Positions 14,053 through 26,779 of a DNA stretch of 64,000 nt are shown here, one piece after another. Position 1 is the stretch's first letter. Each line of letters opens with the position of its first letter. The notes beneath the pieces were generated by a model, which worked only from the letters and a program-made list of their open reading frames with translations, searched no databases and had not been told where the DNA came from. The stretch is from assembly GCF_009914755.1 (NCBI RefSeq), contig NC_060928.1; one strand, given 5' to 3'. Position numbers and translations under genes: made by a program. The stretch comes from the human T2T-CHM13v2.0 reference genome, Homo sapiens.

Positions 14053-14934
14053 GTAAGGAAAACATAATACTATCTTGAATATGAAAGCTATTTCATATTT
14101 AAGAGCAAGAAACAAAAGGGTAAAAATATATGCATCACTTCAAATGTTTGATAAAACATATGTAAAACAATGGTAAAAGAATTGTAAAGCTGTAATAAAC
14201 TGAAAACAAAATTCTTTCTGCATTTGTTTGCTTACTTGATTCATTACTCCAAAAATATTTATTGAATGCAGTCTGCCTTTTAATATCTTTATGGAATGTT
14301 TTATAATGAAATTTGATAAATGTTTATATAAAAATGTTTTCAATTATCAAATAGCTGACTTAGGTTGAATAATAAGAGGTATTGTTTTACAACAAACAAA
14401 AGTCACTTGTTTCTTGTAGGAGGCAACTAAATGGATTTTTAATCAACATTTAATAGACATGAAAAAAACAAATAATTTATTTGATTAATTGTTACCGAAT
14501 GTGGAAGTTAAAACATATTCTGTCATCTCATGGTAGAGAGCTTTGGTAATTATTTAGTCTCAGGAAAGAAAGTTTGCTAACTCATAGTTGATAATACAAG
14601 CAAAGCTAAGAGAGAAGTTTCACACATGTATAACTTTAACAGAAGCACCATTTGTTCCCCAAAAGGAAAACAGCTTTATTATTGCTTTTCTATCATAAAA
14701 ATAATAAAATATATTGAGATGTTTAAAAAATGAGTAATATTGAAAGGTGTTTATTGTAGCAAAAAAATGAAAAACTAATTATATACATTTTTTGTTTAAA
14801 ACAAAAAAATGCTATTTTACAACTGCTTTTATCACGAAACAGTGTATTTTGTGCATCCTCCCATGTCATTAGATATAGGTCTATTTGGCTTTCTTGGAGT
14901 CTTAGTGGTATCCCATCATATGGTTGTGCTCTAT

Positions 14935-15194
14935 TTTATTTTATTTATTTAGACTGCGTCTTGCTCTGTCGCCCAGGCTGGAGTGCAGTGGCGTGTTCTC
15001 AGCTCACTGCAACCTCCAACTCCGGGGTTCAAGCAGTTCTCCCCGCTTCAGCCTCTCGAGTAGCTGGGATTACAGGCTTGCACCACCACATCCGGCTAAT
15101 TTTTGTATTTTTTATACAGACAAAGTTTCGCCATGTTGGCCAGGCTGGTCTTGAACTCCTGACCTTGGGTGATCCATCCGCCTCGTTCTCCTAA
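14935..15194 (-). mobile_element. Alu (AluS-like), antisense, slightly 5'-truncated
   Basis: Alu reverse complement; TSD gctcta(t/c)tttattt. Confidence 0.92.
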
Positions 15195-15898
15195 GCTCTA
15201 CTTTATTTAACTAGTACCCTACTGAAGGATATTTGGGTTGCTTTTGGCTTTTTGCTGCAAGAACACACATGCACATCTTTGTCCACACATGTGCAAGTAA
15301 ACCTTCTTGTGGTCCAGGATGATCACTTGAAGCCCCATCTCTCTCACGACAGAAAAAAAAATTAAGATAAAAATCTTACCTTTGGAGGCTTTTTCACTTC
15401 CATACCTGCCAGATGGAGCAAGTACTTATGGGAGAAGTGGGGAAGAGAAGAGAAACATGCTAAAAGAGAAGGAAGCCAAAAAAATAGAACAAAGAAAAAA
15501 GTAAGAGGGAGGGAAGAAGGAAGAAAGAAAGGACACATTTTCCTGACTACCATATTATACAAAAAATAGAACTTCAGATTAATCAAGTGAGACCACTAAG
15601 AAGAATATAGTAGCAAAAGCATCAGCATGCTGCTTAGTGAGAAAGCCTTGAAGCAAGAGCGTTTTGCATTGTTCATTGTAAATCTTGATTTCTGTGTAGA
15701 GTATACTCTAATATACTCTTCAAACATCTGCACGCATTTTAGAACTCATAGAAAATAGGAACTATAAGAAAGCAAATTGTTCCTTTTCAGCAGGTTTAAA
15801 CACAAAGGGTTTATTACTGTATCTACTTCCCCTTCTTTTGTCTCAGAAAGATGTGGGAAACTTGAATAAACCACAATTGGTTATCCTTTCCTTCATAG

Positions 15899-16384
15899 GT
15901 TATGGACCTCAAAGGCCAAATGATCTACATTGTTGAATCCAGTGCAATCTTGTTTTTGGGGTCACCCTGTGTGGACAGATTAGAAGATTTTACAGGACGA
16001 GGGCTCTACCTCTCAGACATCCCAATTCACAATGCACTGAGGGATGTGGTCTTAATAGGGGAACAAGCCCGAGCTCAAGATGGCCTGAAGAAGAGGCTGG
16101 GGAAGCTGAAGGCTACCCTTGAGCAAGCCCACCAAGCCCTGGAGGAGGAGAAGAAAAAGACAGTAGACCTTCTGTGCTCCATATTTCCCTGTGAGGTTGC
16201 TCAGCAGCTGTGGCAAGGGCAAGTTGTGCAAGCCAAGAAGTTCAGTAATGTCACCATGCTCTTCTCAGACATCGTTGGGTTCACTGCCATCTGCTCCCAG
16301 TGCTCACCGCTGCAGGTCATCACCATGCTCAATGCACTGTACACTCGCTTCGACCAGCAGTGTGGAGAGCTGGATGTCTACAAG
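15899..16384 (+). CDS. GUCY1A1: GUCY1A1 coding exon (486 nt; VMDLKGQM...ELDVYK), PAS end, coiled coil and start of the cyclase domain
   Basis: cttcatag acceptor, AAG|gtagga donor; [15 protein letters not shown] motif and [12 protein letters not shown] (first metal-binding Asp). Confidence 0.98.
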
Positions 16385-18559
16385 GTAGGAGTGGACCAGG
16401 GAAATAATTGTTTTACCAGCAAACTCACTGGGGAACAAGCACTGTGCCTAGGACCTGAATTATAATGCAACTGAAAGGCCACCTCTGTAGGGTCTTGCAA
16501 GCCCAGTCCTGGGAGCAGGTATGGTGCATTCATTATGTGGGTGTTTTCCAGCCAGCAATAGCTCTGAATCTGCCCAGAAACAGAGATAATTGTTCTGGGA
16601 GGACTGCCACACTGTCCTCTCAAAGAATGAGGAGAGAATGGAGGGAGGATAGGGTGCTCAAAGAATGGAGGATGGGGTGTAGGACCTGTGAATAGGAGAA
16701 GTTTAATAGTGAATCTGCCACTTCACTGTGGAAACCGAGTTGAATTATTAAGTGTGAGATAATTCAAAGTATGGCTTATACAAGGAAACATTATCCTTTG
16801 TATCTGTAAGAGTAAAGACACATGAGGATTATAAAAATTGCCTTTAAATAGATTACTTCAATATAGAGTTAACATGATACTTTTCATGGCCAGTTAACAG
16901 AAATCAAAATCACCTACTTAAGGCATTTTTGCAGCTTGGCCAAGGGCAGAGACATTTGAAAAAGAAAGACCTATCTTCAAATCTTGTTCTCTGCCTTACT
17001 TGCTTTGTAAACTGACCAAGTTAAAAAACCTTTCTCATCACTTCTAAGACAGAGAAAATAATATTCACTCACAGAGTTTATATGCATGAATAACACACAT
17101 TATCTCCCATAATCTTCATGAACAGGATTGTTATAAAGATTATGTTAGGTAATACATGATATTCATCAGTCATACAGGATGAGCCAGGCATCATTGTAGG
17201 CACTGGGGATACAGCAGTGACCATCCCTGATACCTTTTCTTTTTAAACGTAACTACTATTAGTAAGAGAGCTAATGAAGAGATTTCAAGTTCTGCCTGCT
17301 TCTTTAGAATTAAAAGTTTTTACTGATTTAAATTACTTTGCTTTCTTTTAGACATTGGCACTAAGAATAAAGCGTATTTCTCATTTGTATGGCTTGAATC
17401 ATCTTCTGAACTTGCCACATAACAATCTGACATTTCAGAGCTGAACCCAACAGGAAATAAATAAATTATTGTGGAAGAAACGAATATTATTCATGATAAT
17501 ACATAAGCTCTTGTCTTGTTTTATTCTAGATGCTAGAAGTAAAACCTTACTTTTAAAAATTCCTAACAGGAAAGTCCAAACAGAGCCATGATTCCCTTGG
17601 GGAAAAAGAGGTCCATGTATACTTACAGAAAAAATAATTGGCTTCAGTTACGTTAAGTTTGATGGCCTCTTGTGGAATTTACTATATTTATTTGTAGCCA
17701 TTTTCTATCTTGAGACGGTCTCCTGTCTTAGAATTGTGAGAAGGAAGTCTCTCTTCCTTGCAAACTGCTGTAATTGCTAACAGAAGTAGCCCTCTTCTAC
17801 TTTTGGTTATTTCTATCAAGGATATAGGGTATAGTTTTTAAGTATCCTGACAAGCATTTTGAAACTATGCTCCTCACTGTAAGGTATAAGGACAACAGCC
17901 ACAGAGTTCCCTGATTAATCTAACTAGAGTTGTAACTAGATAGTAAATTACCTTCTATGCCAGCCCTCATTTCTACTTTTTTTTCACTTCTGATTTTGCT
18001 TGAGATTACTTCGAGATAGCTGAAAATAAATATAGAAGGGTTTCAGATACACAAAATGTATAATCGTAGCCTACCCTATGAGTGCCAATGGCTTTGAAAG
18101 AATAGTCAGCGTTATTTATTCCAAGACTGGATTATACTAGGGCTTTATTTAATTTTATTTTCTCTCTGTCTTTCTTGGGTTTTTGGCCATTTTTCTGTTT
18201 CTCTCTGTGTTCATTTACCCATTGTTTCAGCGAATATGTACTGGTTATCCAGCATTTGCCAGCATGGGTGCGCAGTGGCTACAGAGCTAGAGGGTACAAT
18301 CCCTGTGAGGAAAGTTCACATATGGAGAGGGAGAAGAGGGCACAATGGACCAATGCCAGATTTCCATATGACGTGACGAAGGGATGCAGTATGCACAAAG
18401 GGCTGCAAAAGCAGATATGGTAGGCCCCTAACATCAGGTAGGGGTGGGTGTAGGACTTCTTCTAATTAGCCTATTTATTGAGCACCTGTGATGGCCATCA
18501 TGATGAGCACTTCTTATGTACTCATTGCTGAGAAAAAGCTTATGGGTGGCATTGCCACC

Positions 18560-19040
18560 TGGTTCATTCATTACTGGGCACAGGTAATGTAGGAGTCAAT
18601 AAACTAGACAAACTCAAAGGGCTTACATATGATTAGGGGAAACAAAGACAATAAACAAATGAGTAAATTTATAGTATTTAAGTCAGTATAATAATGTGAA
18701 AGAAAAATAAAGTAGGTTAAGGGGAAGAAGAAGGGCAGTGGGCAAGGGGTGATTGCTATTTCTTAGAGGGTGGTAGGAATCAGCTTTTCTAATAAGGTGA
18801 GGTTTTAGCAGGGACTGAAGGAAAGGAGGGACAACCACGTGGTTATCTGCAGAGAGATTGCTCCAGGAGAAAGGAATAGCAAGTGGGAGCATGTTTGATG
18901 TGCTTAAAGGATAATGGAAGGCAGTGACATTGGAACTAAGTGAGCAATATGGAGAATAAGAAGATAAAGTCAGAGATTAGGAGAAAGACAGGTAAAGAAG
19001 AAATCTGGAGCCATAATAAGGGTATCAGCATCTACTCTGA
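18560..19040 (-). mobile_element. L2 fragment(s), antisense
   Basis: Purine-rich L2-like text (tggtaggaatcagcttttctaataaggtgagg...ccaggagaaaggaatagcaagtg); boundaries approximate. Confidence 0.45.
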
Positions 19041-19959
19041 GGGGAATTTCTGAAGATTTGTGCCTCCTTTCTTTTTTCCTTTCTCACCCTCATCCTTTCA
19101 CAATTGAGGCTTTGTGTAAGAATAATAGGGTCTTATAGTTACAATAAACATTTGGAGAAGAAGAAAAATGAAGCTCTTAGAATTAGGGGGTTATTTCTGG
19201 ACTAAAATTAACTATCTGCTTTTTGCAGCCAGCATCACAGACAGATAAAAATTGCCTGTAACGACAACAATAATGATGATGATAATGATAAGGTTAATAC
19301 TTAGATTTTTGATAATAGCTTGATTTCCAGTGGTCTTTCAAACACCACCGTTGTTTTTACCTGCTGGTTCAACATCTTGGTTTTTATAATTGTGATTAGT
19401 ATCCATTAGATATGTAATTGCTATGAGGACCCCAAGGGTCCTTTAGAAGAACCGTTTCTCTTTACTCTTATGACTATTAATATCTTGGTTTTACATTGCA
19501 CAATTTTACTGCATTGATGTGACATTTATTGAGTAGTGACTTGAGGCAAAATACTATTTTATGATGAGGAGGATATAAAACGAGTAAATGATCCCAACAT
19601 CTTTAAACAATTTATTATAATTCAAAAATATATTGTTTCTACAAAAACTATCTTATATGGTGAAAAAAAAGAGATGAAATGATATGATGAGTCAGTGTGC
19701 AAATCTGGGAGTAGAAGTCAACTGTTACTGTGTTCATAGGACTGTACTGCCTCTCAGTGCAGTGCCTCAATGTAATGGGTCTAAACCTTGCGCATTTCCT
19801 GAAAAAGAAAGCCATTTCTGGGCGTATCTGATTAACCCTGATCCTCCAGAAGGCCTGAGCAATGAGAATTCTGCTATATGACTTAATTTCTTCTATCCGA
19901 TGTAGGCTGTGATTCTTCCTGAGCATTTATTTATAGTATGGAAAATATATTATGTCTAG

Positions 19960-20103
19960 GTGGAGACCATTGGCGATGCCTATTGTGTAGCTGGGGGATT
20001 ACACAAAGAGAGTGATACTCATGCTGTTCAGATAGCGCTGATGGCCCTGAAGATGATGGAGCTCTCTGATGAAGTTATGTCTCCCCATGGAGAACCTATC
20101 AAG
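19960..20103 (+). CDS. GUCY1A1: GUCY1A1 coding exon (144 nt; [13 protein letters not shown]...GEPIK), cyclase catalytic domain
   Basis: tctag acceptor, AAG|gtaagg donor; (K)VETIGDAY class III nucleotide cyclase motif. The first codon is GTG = Val, not a start. Confidence 0.98.
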
Positions 20104-21189
20104 GTAAGGCAGATGATATATTGTCCAAAAGATGTCACAAGAGCAAATGCGTATAGTTGATTACCAAAACCATGGTGTATCAGTTGGGGGTTAGTTGAGA
20201 GAGAGAGAGAAAGCAAAATCTATATAGAGAACACAATCTTCTCTAACTTGTTTACATTGGAAGAAATTTATTATAGGGTATTAAATGGCTTACAGAATCA
20301 TTGAGAGGACAGAAGAACCCATCTATAAGTTGGGCTTTCAAAAAATGTTTCCCATAGTATAGGGATTTTCTATTGTCAAAGTAAAATGGCTTCTAAAGGC
20401 AAACTTCAGAACAACTGCATTTTCAAAAATCTGGAAGCTGATTCCAAAACTATCCTACCAAAGCCACAGTCAGGAAACTGCCATGTTCAGAAAGCTGCTG
20501 CCTCTTCAAAACCACATCTACTGTAATAATCAGCAAGATGGCAATCCTGCATCATGACTTACAAAATGAGTGATGGGAAAATGGACTCTCTACTAAGCAT
20601 GCTATAGAAAACACAAAGGCTTCCACAATTGTTCTTGAGTTATAGTGGAGATTGTGCCTGCCGAATCTCATGCAACTGTGCATCTGATTTACCAAGCCTA
20701 ACTGCATTTAGAAGCTGCAAGTTAGTTTAGAAAATGTAGTTTTAGTTTTCCAGCCCCTGGAGGAGAGGATATTACATTTGAATGGATGTTGACTGTTAAT
20801 TCACCAATATTTTCCAAGGCACGTGACATTTCAAAATTTCTAGATGAGCCAGATTCCAGACTAATATCTCACCACACATGAGGAAATAAAGTTAACATGG
20901 TAGGCATTGGTTTAACAGATAGAATATAAGCAGATTACCTTTGTCTCACAGTGAATCTGCCCCTTAATTTTTATAGGACAGTCCTCAGTTGACTACCTTC
21001 AGAAATAAGCCTTTGAGGTATTGTAAAATCTTATCCGGTATGCTATAAAACATATAGAGAAGAAAGAAGAAATTTAAAAACAAAACTATATTTGGAGATT
21101 TACCCTTAACTCTCTTTAACCTTAATAGAAGCCATATGTTTAAGCCTTCGTAACTATTTTCTAAGTCTATTGTCATCCCATTTATATGT

Positions 21190-21706
21190 TTCTGTGCAAC
21201 ATACTTTTCTAAATTTAATGGTATAAAATCACAAACTTTTATTATGCGTGGATTCTGTGCATCAAAAATTTGGATAAGTCATAGCAGGAATACCTCGTCT
21301 GTGCTCTACAATCTATGGGACCTCAGCTGGGAATACCGAAATGGGTGAGGGTGCCTGGAATAGCTGGGATTGCAACGATTGAAGCTGGAGGATTCATTCC
21401 AAGACTGCTGCTTCACTTACATGTCAGATTCCTTGGTGGGGATGGCTGAAAGGTTGGGTTCAGCTGGGATTGTTAGCGTTACATGTGATGCCCTAATATG
21501 TATTTTTTATGAGGTGGTTCATGTCCCACTGAACAAGACTGGTGGAAGCTGCATGACTTAGTCTTGGAAGACACACCGCAACACTTCCACTGCACTCTAT
21601 CAGCCAGAGCAATCACAAGTCTGCCCAGAAGAGAGAGGGCTCAGAGCCCAAGAATCAATAGGAGGAGTGTAAAATAATTTGCAAGTATGTTTTAAAAGCA
21701 TCACAA
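21190..21706 (-). mobile_element. MaLR LTR (old MLT1 family), antisense
   Basis: ggattctgtgcatcaaaaatttggat...cctcagctggg...agctggaggattcattccaag...cacttccactgcactctat; subfamily uncertain. Confidence 0.55.
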
Positions 21707-23138
21707 TATCTGACTTTTTCAGATTTATTTTCGATAATTGCATTTTTTTAGAGGAGGACTATATATTTCTTTCTCTTTCTAATTTGTTTGAGGGGGCTTG
21801 TAGCATCAATGTAAATGTTAAAAATATCTAGACTATTAACAACATTTTAAGTGATTTTCACACAAATACATTTTATAATTAAGATGTGTATGTTTGGGGT
21901 GGGGGAATTTATGGCATTTTTGTTATTTGCAGAAATGTATTTTTAGATTTTTCTAAGTTGGAAGAATTATTTATAGCTAGTTTCAAAGATAGTTACCTGG
22001 GTAATGATAGATTAGTTTAAAAGACCTATAAAGGGAATCATTAATCATACCTTTTTATGCATACTAACCTGCAGCCCTGGGAAATATCTGACGTCCCTAA
22101 AAGATACCGGTGAAACATCACAGAGGCAGAGTGGAGAGTATTTTTAGTAGGGAAACTTTAACATGTATCAGAAAGGAGCATATTGTGACTTAACATCGTC
22201 TCATTTAATCCTTATAATAACACTTTAAAGAGGCATCTACACTGGCAGACACGAGCAGTCAAGTCTCCTATGTGTCAGTATTTGGAGTCATGTCCATGTG
22301 ACTTCAAAGCCCAGGCTTTTTCTGCTTCTTGCCCTGCTACCTCTTGGTATAGAATTGAAGTGAAAGAATAGAAAATATTTTCTTTTTTTATTTTTCAAAC
22401 TCTATGCTTTCCTTTAGCACGTCACATGTGCAAATCATTCATCTATTCATTTATTCCCATTGATTTCCTCACTAACATCCATCCAGTCAGGCTTAGAAAG
22501 CAGCAGGTGGGTTGGTGACAGAGACCAGTGGGCTGAGTGTAACCGTGAAAGTCAGTAGGTGACAAGTGAACACGGAAGCAAACTTCTAGTACCCCTCCTT
22601 TCCTAAGCCTAGAAGCTTATGATGAGAAATGGGCTATGCCACAAGTGGTCTCAAATAGAAGATGCCCTTAGTAGGTTCCCATTCAAACTTTTCCCGGGAG
22701 CCAGAATTCTGCCTTTGCCTTTCATTATTTCACAGGGAAGTCTGTTACCAGTGAAAAGAGATATGCTCAGGGCACGATGTGTGTCTTAAACACGTTGTGT
22801 TTTAAATCTTGCTGATGAATTTGAAAAGCTCTGTAAGAAAATGTTAGGGTTGAGAGATTCAAAACTGGAGAAGGGGAGGAAGGCAGCACGGCGTGGAAGG
22901 ACTAGGAGGGACACTTGCCTTGTCTGCATCGTTTCGGTTTTTACGAGCAGAATATATTTACATTTTAATTATGAAACAAGATAAAAATGCTATGGTAAAT
23001 TTAATATATAATAAGCTGGAGTAACTAAGTATAGGAAGAAAAACTGGTTTAACCAGAAGAGTGCTCACAGAAAGCAAAAATTCCTCAATCTAAATATGCT
23101 GAAGTCATAGTTGATATTTATGAGCAGAAGAGCTTTAT

Positions 23139-23180
<42 letters not shown>
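23139..23180. repeat. (TCTA)10 tetranucleotide STR
   Basis: Uninterrupted 42-nt tract. Confidence 0.95.
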
Positions 23181-23782
23181 ACTTGCTAAATGTGTAAATT
23201 AATATTCTCCTAAAAGAGACAAAGCCAGATATATAACAGACATCTAAGTTTTGCTTGTTAAAGTAAAACTTTGATGAAGAAAGGTCTTTAAAAATAATCA
23301 AACCCCTGCATTTTATAGGTGAAAACATGATCGGAGGGAAGTAAAGAGACTTAAGGAAGCCAGACTACCAGTTACTAGTAGAGCTTGTTAGAATACAAAG
23401 TTCCTGATTCACAGTCTAGTGCTTTTGTTTGAAAATTTTGTAGAACTCATATGACATCTTAAAAGTAAATGAGTCTGGAAAGTTTCTAGCAGATATCTGA
23501 AATTAGTTATTAAAACTAGACATAACTGAATTCTTCTGATTTCTAAATTATATCCAAGTTACTGAGTTCTTGGTCTTCATTCAAAACGCATACATCTAAT
23601 ACAACTTTTTAAAATGGTTGAGTAAACAAAGAGTTTGAAAATAATTAACATGGTATCATCATCATTTAAAATATCTCCACTTTAGCTTGTTTTGTAGTAG
23701 CAGTAATTTAAGTGTTTGTGAATCTTTTAAGATCATCAAGTAATCAGACCTTTGAAGATTCCATTGTTAAATATCCTGCTTT

Positions 23783-24085
23783 GGCTAGGCAAGGTGACTT
23801 ACATTTGTAATCCTAGCACTTTGGGAAGTTGAGGCAGGAGGATCACTTGAGCCCAAGAGTTTGAGAATCAGCTGGGCAACATAGCAAGACCTTGTCTCTA
23901 CAAAAAATTTAAAACTTATCCAGGTGTGATGGTGCATGCCTGTAGTTCTAGCTACTCAGGAGGCTGAGATGGGAGGATCATTTGGGCCCAGGGGTTCGAG
24001 GTTACAGTGAACTATGATGGTACCGCTGCACTACAGCCTGAGTGACAGAGCAAGACTCTGTCTCTAAAAAATAAATAAAATAAAA
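23783..24085 (+). mobile_element. Full-length Alu (AluJ-like)
   Basis: ggctaggcaaggtg...gaggatcacttgagccc (J-type arm)...gactctgtctct + A-rich tail. Confidence 0.92.
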
Positions 24086-24838
24086 CATTCTGTCTCAGTG
24101 GCTTTCCAAATCATTGGAGACTTCCAGAATTCCTAAAATTTTGCCACAACACATCCCAGACTGCCTCTTATATCTAGGCATGGCACAAATCTGATCTTTC
24201 ATCAGTATGGATTTTTAATTTCATGTATATAGACATTGTCATCGTCATTGGACTCAAGTACCTTCCACTTTCTGCTTCCTCTGTCATTTTCTGCTTAAAT
24301 ATTACAATTTCATTTCCTCAGTTGTAAGTCATTAGAACAGTGGGATAGTGTTTGGTATAAAGCTATTTTGAGGTAAAATGTCTAAAAGATATATTTAATA
24401 TCCTTAGAGCTAGCTTCATTTGCCCTTCTTTGTCAGTGTTTGGGAAAATGATTCCAGGAGTCCAGAAATTATGTCTATCTCACTTGAATGAGAGGTGGCA
24501 GTTTCACATAAACAGCTCATATCCCCCTTGCTATGTTGCTGTGGTTACTATGATCCCTGTGCATGGAAACTTGTTTCAGATGTTGAAGACAGACACAATT
24601 AAGATGGTTTGTGTAATAAACCTAAATGGAAAAGAGTTAAGAAGTGTGACTGTTGATTCTGCACTAGTAATTTTTAATTGCATGTGAGGAGTAGAGGGAA
24701 GTTGGCTGAAGGTTTTGAGGAAAGGGGTGGTGTCCTGAGGGTGAATGGTAAAATAATTTAGACGGTATTCAAACGACACTGACGAGTAGGAAGTGTTTTA
24801 CCAGTGACTGGGAACATCATGTTATTTTTTGATTTCAG

Positions 24839-24993
24839 ATGCGAATTGGACTGCACTCTGGATCAGTTTTTGCTGGCGTCGTTGGAGTTAAAATGCCCCG
24901 TTACTGTCTTTTTGGAAACAATGTCACTCTGGCTAACAAATTTGAGTCCTGCAGTGTACCACGAAAAATCAATGTCAGCCCAACAACTTACAG
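24839..24993 (+). CDS. GUCY1A1: GUCY1A1 coding exon (155 nt; [52 protein letters not shown])
   Basis: atttcag acceptor, AG|gtagta donor; RIGLHSG and MPRYCLFG guanylate cyclase signatures; this frame is not shown in the ORF track. Confidence 0.98.
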
Positions 24994-25284
24994 GTAGTAA
25001 TTATGTTAAACACCTAAAATCTCTTGTTTTTATTTATATACAATTGCCATTTGCCCCACTGATTTGATTCATTCTTCATAACTTTTTTCTTCCTTAGTCG
25101 TAAGGAAAAAAGAAACGTGATAACTTTTATCATCCTCACTTTAACTTTTTTACACTGCTTATTAGCCTCCTAAGAATGACTTGCCTGAGGTGTTTGTGGC
25201 CCAGCCATAAATCCATGACAGATATTACATAGTCTTCCATCATTCTTCTTTTAGAAGCACATATTAATACTCTTAGTATGTTGA

Positions 25285-26025
25285 TAGGTGTTCTGACATC
25301 AACTAGTACACTGCAGTGCAGTTCTGGCAGTAAACACCCAGACTCAGCACAGTCATAACCACAAGTTACAGGGCACAGAACCCAACAAGCCTGCCCTTAA
25401 TTCAGATGCCAGCCACCCTTCAGGACCTAAGTATGCATTTAGACGACTGAGCTACAATTTTGGGGGTTCCCATGAACCTCTCAAGTTAGATAATTATCTA
25501 AAATGACTCACAATACTTAGGGAATTGCTATACTTACTATTACAGTTTTATTTCGAAGGATACAAATCAGAACCAACCAAATGAAGAAACAGTTTGGGTA
25601 AGGTTTGGGAGGGTCCCAAATGCAGAGCTTCCATAGAATCAGAACTTATCTCCCTCCAGCCACCTCAGTGGGTTCACAAGCCAGGAAGCTCCACCTGATT
25701 GAGCTTTGAGTTTGGTGTATGGAGTCTTATTGTTTTCATTATGTAGGCATGATTCGTTGAATCATTGGCCATGTGATTGAACTCAGTCACCACCCCCACT
25801 CTCCTCCCCAGAGGTTAGGCTAGCACAAAACCCCAACCTTCTATCCACAAGATTGATTTTTCTGGGGCCCTGCCCCCATTCTGAGTCATCTCATTAATAT
25901 AAACTCAAAAGTGATCCAAGGGCCTCATGGAAAACAGATACTCCTATAACTCAAAAAATCCAAGAGTTTTAGAAGCTCCCTCCCTGCAATCAAGGACAAC
26001 AGCCAGTCAAATTCCCTATCATACA
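25285..26025 (-). mobile_element. LTR (MER21-like), antisense
   Basis: cagatgccagcc...gggggttcccatga...tgactcaca...ttacagttttatt...aggatacaaatcagaac...ggtttgggagggtcccaaatgcagagcttcc, ending tatcataca. Confidence 0.65.
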
Positions 26026-26394
26026 GGGAAGAATTTACCAGAGGAAAACTAGCTGGTCATCGAGCACTTTTCAAAGATTGCAGTTTTATGGACTGGCAGC
26101 AAGTGTTAACACGGTCAGAGGAGCCACGTGTCATCTAGCATCAGAAGAACCTTTATTTTCACTGTCGCCTTGACAACATGTAGTATACAGCCTGAGTCAA
26201 TAAAATCTACCATTTTGTTATCACTTATCCACCTTTAACCGGAAAATAAACCAATCCGTGGTAACTAGAAATATATCTTTCATGTACATTTTGTCTCATT
26301 ATACTGGAAACTCTTAAGTAACAAAAGAGTTTTTCAGATCTATACAGTAGCTAAATTATACTAAGCAAGTTAGCTTTCCTATTCTCAGAGATAA

Positions 26395-26758
<364 letters not shown>

Positions 26759-26779
26759 TTCTCCCTTCTTAAGGCACCA

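Noticed and set aside
16385-16465. Read-through of the 486-nt exon ORF into the intron (VGVDQG...GPEL)
   Set aside because: A canonical donor sits at 16385, homology stops there, and no adjacent poly(A) signal is evident.
24804-25067. 87-aa ORF over the cyclase exon
   Set aside because: Wrong frame; the real frame is MRIGLHSG starting at 24839.
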